From positions 416,001 through 480,000 of the forward strand of contig CP009479.1 in the NCBI GenBank assembly GCA_000965745.1: a stretch of DNA of 64,000 nucleotides. Reading direction: 5' to 3'. The translations under genes were made by a program, and so were the position numbers. Source of the DNA: an uncultured archaeon. Its GTDB lineage: Archaea > Thermoplasmatota > Thermoplasmata > Thermoplasmatales > Thermoplasmataceae. This document shows, piece after piece, positions 59,245 to 64,000 of this stretch (positions are counted from its first letter, which is position 1; every line of letters starts with the position of its first letter). The notes under the pieces are model-generated. The model made no database searches. It had not been told where the DNA came from and saw nothing but the letters and a program-made list of their open reading frames with translations.

Positions 59245-60519
59245 TCATGCTGACCTTGCATCCGGCACCTCACCCTTCCATTCTGAGCTTGAACGGCTTC
59301 TTCTTCCCTGCCCTATGGCCACCGAAAAATAAGCTGCTGCGAAACCGAACTGGGCAAGGTATGGAAGAGTATTCAACCAGCCGTAGAGATAGTAGGTGTT
59401 GCCGTATAGAAACCCGAAGAATATTGTGTTATAAGGGGGAATGAAGGGGAGTGGGAACACCACTGGAATCCCTTGATAAGTCAGATTGATGTTCAGCAGA
59501 TTCTGTGAGGCAAGAGCATCCATTGCCACCAGGAAAGCTAGAGCCAGGATGAAAGAGGCTCCGAGGCATGCCTTCTGAATCCTGGTTGACTGCATGAAGG
59601 GGATGAGGAGGAATGATACAGCTGCGGCGCTCTGAAAAGCGAGGAATAGCGTAGAGGGCAGCATATAATTCCCAAGAGCCGGTGAACTGTATAACTGCTC
59701 ATTCATGGACAGTACTCCGGTTATCAGCAGAAACAGCGGGATTATGATTTCCGCGAGAAACATTGCCATTCCTGCTGCCAGCACTTTCTTTGCCGTCCCT
59801 GACAGGCCCCTTGCAAAGGCGAAGAGCAGGACGAGCCCCGCTACACTTAGCAGTACCGGAGCAACGAAAAGGGCCGGATAGGCAAATGACTGGAATATGG
59901 AAAACCCAATTGTGTTAAGTGCGAAAGGATCACCATTCACGGTGAAATACTGCCTTATCGGTGAGAGAAGAAAGGACAGGGCAGGAAAAATGAAGGCATA
60001 CCAGTACCTGTTTCCCTGTTTGTTGGCCTTAAACCTGTTGGGAGAGAGCTTCTTGCTTCCAGAATTTTCCACTGAGTCCAGATCGATTGATCTCCCCAGG
60101 CCATCCTTGAATCTTGATTCGTATGTATCCTGGCAGATGGAGAGGAAAATGGCGTGATTCTTTCCGTAATTACTTCTCAGATAGTCCATGATCCTGCTTA
60201 CCCTTTCAGGATCTGGTTCCTCGACTTCAGGGGTGTTATCCCTTATCTGTTCCTCATCAAGAAGGAAGACAGGATAGGCGCCACTTCTCCCTGTAGTTTT
60301 GTCAGGATACTCAAAGCTTGACACAGGCACTACATCCGAGCCTGATTTCAGAAGCTTCATGGCTGTCAGGAATGCAATCCTTCTCACCTGCTCCTTCTTT
60401 CTTCCAGCGATAATGTGGACGTCGCTTGACCTGCTCCCCTCGTGGGATCTTATCCTTTCAGAAAGTTCGACGACCTTTCTGTCCTCATAAGCATTGTGGG
60501 GTATTTCGCCTTTAGGCAT
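59245..60519 (-). CDS. hypothetical protein with soluble N-terminal domain and multi-TM C-terminal half
   Basis: About 170-aa charged domain followed by about 6 hydrophobic segments. Confidence 0.7.
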   Translation of the reverse strand: MPKGEIPHNAYEDRKVVELSERIRSHEGSRSSDVHIIAGRKKEQVRRIAFLTAMKLLKSGSDVVPVSSFEYPDKTTGRSGAYPVFLLDEEQIRDNTPEVEEPDPERVSRIMDYLRSNYGKNHAIFLSICQDTYESRFKDGLGRSIDLDSVENSGSKKLSPNRFKANKQGNRYWYAFIFPALSFLLSPIRQYFTVNGDPFALNTIGFSIFQSFAYPALFVAPVLLSVAGLVLLFAFARGLSGTAKKVLAAGMAMFLAEIIIPLFLLITGVLSMNEQLYSSPALGNYMLPSTLFLAFQSAAAVSFLLIPFMQSTRIQKACLGASFILALAFLVAMDALASQNLLNINLTYQGIPVVFPLPFIPPYNTIFFGFLYGNTYYLYGWLNTLPYLAQFGFAAAYFSVAIGQGRRSRSSSEWKGEVPDARSA

Positions 60520-60671
60520 GCCGTAATACTCCCTTAGTGATTCTTCATCCTGTTCCAGAACAATCGACCCCGTGATTAGAATGGAAGTTTAGTTGGCCTC
60601 CAGACAGGTGAGATATTGTTCTAAGTTGATAAGAATATTCCCGGTAAAAATGAATAAAGTGGGATTGAGGC

Positions 60672-61922
60672 CTAATACAGTCCCCTAAGTTTCATGGCGT
60701 CGGCTACTCTCTTGACGGAGACGACATATGCTGCGGTTCTTGGTTCAACCTTGTACTGGTCAACGGCGGAGAACACTGCCTTGCTTGCTTCAGTCATCTT
60801 CTTGTCAAGCTTCTTGTGCACCTCCTCCTCTTCCCAGTAGTCTCCGGTCTGGTTCTGCACCCACTCGTAGTAGGATACTGTCACACCACCGGCGTTTGCA
60901 AGGAAGTCCGGAACAAGAAGCACTTTGTTCTTGTGAAGAATATCATCGGCTTCAGGAGTTGTCGGGCCGTTTGCCAGCTCGAGCACGACCTTTGCCTTGA
61001 CGTTTGCCGCATTCCGTGAAGTAAGCTGGTTCTCTATTGCAGCCGGGATCAGGACATCCACATCGAGTTCAAGAAGCTCCTCATTGGTTATCGGTTTTGA
61101 TCCGGGATATCCCTGAACGGTTCCCTTGCTCTTCTTCTGCTCCATGAGTTTATCGAAGTCGAGCCCGTCTTCAAGATATGCGCCACCCCTGGTATCGGAA
61201 ACCGCGACTACCCTGGAGCCGTAGAGTTCCTTTACAAGCTTTACAGCGAACTGGCCGGCATTGCCAAATCCCTGTATTGCAACCTTTGCCTTGGAGAGAT
61301 CCATTCCCGTTCTCTTTGCTGCTTCCCTGAGGACATACATCCCCCCTCTTGCAGTGGCATCTCCTCTTCCGAGGGATCCGCCGTTTTCAATAGGTTTCCC
61401 GGTAATAACCCCGGGAGCGGAATGCCTGACTATGTTCTCATACTCGTCCATCATCCAGGCCATTATCTGTGGAGTAGTGTATACATCAGGAGCAGGAACA
61501 TCCTTCTCGGGGCCTATAAGGTCTGCCACTGCTTTTATGTAACCTCTGCTCAGCCTTTCAAGCTCGCCCGTGCTCATTTTCCTGGGATCGCATATTACTC
61601 CGCCTTTTCCCCCTCCGAGGGGTATGTCAACGACTGCGGTCTTCCAGGTCATCCACGCGGCGAGTGCCTTTACTGTGGACAGTGATTCTTCCGGGTGGAA
61701 CCTTATGCCACCTTTTGCAGGTCCTCTGGCGTTGTTGTATCTAACCCTGAACCCAGTGAAAACCTCGGTTTTTCCATTATCCATCCTTACGGGTATACTA
61801 ACCTGCAGAATTTTCATTGGCTGGCTCAGAAGCTTCAGCGCTTGCTCGTCTAGCTTCATAACCTTGGCGGCTTTGTTAAGCTGTTGCAAGGCTATATCAA
61901 ATGGGTCTAGGTCTTCTGCCAT
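60672..61922 (-). CDS. gdhA: glutamate dehydrogenase
   Basis: [24 protein letters not shown] and ELANGP motifs. ATG lies 4 nt after GGTGA. Confidence 0.95.
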   Translation of the reverse strand: MAEDLDPFDIALQQLNKAAKVMKLDEQALKLLSQPMKILQVSIPVRMDNGKTEVFTGFRVRYNNARGPAKGGIRFHPEESLSTVKALAAWMTWKTAVVDIPLGGGKGGVICDPRKMSTGELERLSRGYIKAVADLIGPEKDVPAPDVYTTPQIMAWMMDEYENIVRHSAPGVITGKPIENGGSLGRGDATARGGMYVLREAAKRTGMDLSKAKVAIQGFGNAGQFAVKLVKELYGSRVVAVSDTRGGAYLEDGLDFDKLMEQKKSKGTVQGYPGSKPITNEELLELDVDVLIPAAIENQLTSRNAANVKAKVVLELANGPTTPEADDILHKNKVLLVPDFLANAGGVTVSYYEWVQNQTGDYWEEEEVHKKLDKKMTEASKAVFSAVDQYKVEPRTAAYVVSVKRVADAMKLRGLY

Positions 61923-62075
61923 CTTTTCACCTGATGTCTTTAAAAAAAGACGGTCATTAATCACTTTCACGTATTTTATGGTTCTTTGATACTGTTTAAG
62001 CTATTTCGGTATGAGACGGTGTGGCAGGCAGACGAGACAGTATTTAAGCCACTGCGGCATTTTCAATGCGCAGAC

Positions 62076-62294
62076 ATGATGATCGAGGTGAAGGTGAACT
62101 TTGGAAAAAGCCCGCCTGTTGCCACAGATGACGGCCTGATAATATACACAACCGCAAAAAGGGAAAACAACAGGGCAAATCTGGACATAATAGGGCAGAT
62201 TGCTGACTATTACAGTATAGATACTTCTCGGATCAGGCTGGTCCGCGGAAGAACTTCAAGGAAGAAGACTTTCTCTGTTGAGATCGAAGAGTAG
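62076..62294 (+). CDS. DUF167/YggU family protein
   Basis: NNRAN...IA.Y......I.LV.G.TSRKK pattern. Confidence 0.75.
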   Translation: MMIEVKVNFGKSPPVATDDGLIIYTTAKRENNRANLDIIGQIADYYSIDTSRIRLVRGRTSRKKTFSVEIEE

Positions 62295-62298
62295 GATT

Positions 62299-62751
62299 TC
62301 AGATCTCTGGTTCATCGGTGAGGTTAAGAAACAGCTTGTTCAGGAGAAGCTTGAACTGCACCTGCTCCTCGATGCTGAATTTTCCGAGGGTCCTTCGCAC
62401 AAACTCCAGGTGCAGACCCCTGGCGTCATGGATCGTATCGAGCCCCTTTTCTCCAACCTCAATCTTTATGATCCTCCTGTCCTCATCACTTCTGGTTCTT
62501 CTGACCATCTCCTTTTTCTCGAGACGATCCACCATGCTCGTTATCCATCCCTGGGAGACGTCGATGGATGATGCGAGCCTGGCCATTGGCGTGGGGCCAT
62601 GCTCCTGCAGATAAGTCATCATCCTGTACTCAGGTATCGATATGTCGAGGAGGGAGATGTTCTCCTCCGCTTTCCTGTACCACTTCTTCCAGGTGGTGGC
62701 AAACATCCTCCACAGCTCAACGAGGTTGTCCCCCTGTATCTCCTCAGTCAA
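62299..62751 (-). CDS. MarR family transcriptional regulator
   Basis: ITSMVDRLEKKEMVRR...DRR motif. Probable TTG start overlapping the MFS 3' end. Confidence 0.88.
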   Translation of the reverse strand: MTEEIQGDNLVELWRMFATTWKKWYRKAEENISLLDISIPEYRMMTYLQEHGPTPMARLASSIDVSQGWITSMVDRLEKKEMVRRTRSDEDRRIIKIEVGEKGLDTIHDARGLHLEFVRRTLGKFSIEEQVQFKLLLNKLFLNLTDEPEI

Positions 62752-64000
62752 CCGTATCACTTCCTGAAGTTCTTTCACCTTCTCTTGTTGCCTCTTCTTC
62801 TGATCCTTCGGGGCTGTGCACGTATTCACCAGCTTTCAGGCGTTCAACTTCACCGTCATCTTTCTCATTACCCTGCGGAGTCACAACGTCCTCGTGGATG
62901 TAAATCCCTCCTCTCATGTAGGACGTTGCGGCCGCAATTCCGGCCAGAAGCATGCCGATAAAGAAAGCGATGTGAAGTGCGCTCATGAATGCGGGGGCTA
63001 TTGCGTGGGGGAACCATGTCTTGCTTGTAAGGAGCGTTAAGGTAGAAGAGCTGATATGTGAAGCCACTGCGGGGCTTAGGCTGCCAATTATCGTGCTGAC
63101 GGGGTTGATTCCAAGGAAAGCAGAAAACATTGCTGCCGTAGGCGGAATATTGTTGAAGTACTTCGTGAGCTCTGGAGCGCCCGCATTTGTCAGTGAAGTG
63201 GAAAATGCGCTTGGAAGCCCTGAAGATAGCGCAACAATGACCACTGTAAAGAACAGGCCTATACTTACCGTCATTCCTGCATTCATCAGAGTCGCCCTCA
63301 TCCCGGATGATGCCCCCCTTGTCTCGGCTGGAACAGAGTTCATGATAGCTGCTGCATTGGGAGCTGCAAACATGCCGTTTCCTACACCCATTGTGAAAAG
63401 CATTATTGCGAACCATGGGTAATAGAACAGATATGGAAGCGTTGTCAGTGCGTAGAATGAGCCAAGGACTATAACCATTCCAACGGTTGCCAGGAATTTT
63501 GCCCCGTACTTGTCTGAAAGCTTTCCCCCAATGGGGCTCATGAGCATGAATCCTGCCGTGAGCGGCACCATGTAAATGCCCGCCCAGAATGGGGTCACTG
63601 CAAAGTCGTATCCCTTAAGCGGCAGGTATATCCCCTGAAGCAGGATGATAAGCATGATCATTACTCCCCCTCTTGCCATGGCGGAGAGAAGCCCTGCTAT
63701 ATTTCCCATTGAAAAAGCCCTTATCCGGAACAGGGACATCCGGAACATCGGGAATTTCACTTTCATCTCCACGAACGGAAACGCGATCATTGAAGCCGCC
63801 CCTATTGCGAATGACGCCAACACAAGGGGGTTCTGCCAGCCCATGGTGGAATTTCCGTATGGGAGAAGCCCGTATATTATCCCAACCAGGATAAGCGTCA
63901 GTCCGCCGGCGAAAAGGACGTTGCCTATGTAATCAATCTTCTGGGTCCTGTCCCTCTTTGAGGTGTCTTTAAGCTTCAGGTAGGACCATACTGTTCCCAG
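62744..64000 (-). CDS. MFS drug/H+ antiporter (DHA2-like), 5' end outside the window
   Basis: GKLSDKYG and PNAAAIMNSVP..RG.SSG motifs; the frame continues past the window edge. Confidence 0.88.
   Translation of the reverse strand: MGTVWSYLKLKDTSKRDRTQKIDYIGNVLFAGGLTLILVGIIYGLLPYGNSTMGWQNPLVLASFAIGAASMIAFPFVEMKVKFPMFRMSLFRIRAFSMGNIAGLLSAMARGGVMIMLIILLQGIYLPLKGYDFAVTPFWAGIYMVPLTAGFMLMSPIGGKLSDKYGAKFLATVGMVIVLGSFYALTTLPYLFYYPWFAIMLFTMGVGNGMFAAPNAAAIMNSVPAETRGASSGMRATLMNAGMTVSIGLFFTVVIVALSSGLPSAFSTSLTNAGAPELTKYFNNIPPTAAMFSAFLGINPVSTIIGSLSPAVASHISSSTLTLLTSKTWFPHAIAPAFMSALHIAFFIGMLLAGIAAATSYMRGGIYIHEDVVTPQGNEKDDGEVERLKAGEYVHSPEGSEEEATREGERTSGSDTVD

Noticed and set aside
62752-62829. Long N-terminal extension of MarR overlapping the MFS gene
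   Set aside because: The TTG at 62751 after an AGTGAT SD-like motif gives a normal-sized MarR with a short overlap.
1-64000. CRISPR arrays, IS elements, integrases, tRNA/rRNA
   Set aside because: No regularly spaced repeats, transposase or integrase motifs, or cloverleaf/rRNA signatures were seen by eye; tRNAscan-SE/Infernal would confirm.

Overview
This is a gene-dense archaeal chromosome segment of about 55 CDS. It is most consistent with a Thermoplasmatales genome: GGTGA-type Shine-Dalgarno motifs, AT-rich TATA-like promoters, T-tract terminators, archaeal dph2/rtcB/cdc6/GHMP shikimate kinase and Asn/Thr-rich surface glycoproteins. I saw no rRNA, tRNA, CRISPR array or transposase. Housekeeping content includes hutI-dph2, an MtaB-like methylthiotransferase, a fumarase/aspartase, korAB, an Opp/Dpp transporter, rtcB, argS, an aroB-aroE-aroK-aroA operon, a GH15 hydrolase with a sugar ABC transporter, a PolB2 operon, cdc6, a Grs-like radical SAM enzyme, gdhA and marR/MFS. 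The most interesting candidate system is at the left edge (84-3261). An ESCRT-III (Vps2/24/46-like) gene converges on a PH-domain plus coiled-coil/Zn-ribbon gene pair and diverges from a membrane-protein/wHTH operon. The wHTH ORF lacks a canonical start and could be reached by an ATC start or by a prfB-like +1 frameshift. Other oddities are probable ATA start codons, a 1265-aa OppA with a duplicated ~138-aa insert, large inserts in OppD/OppF, and an ImuA-like/PolB2 cassette converging on cdc6. All family calls come from motif recognition by eye; no searches were run.
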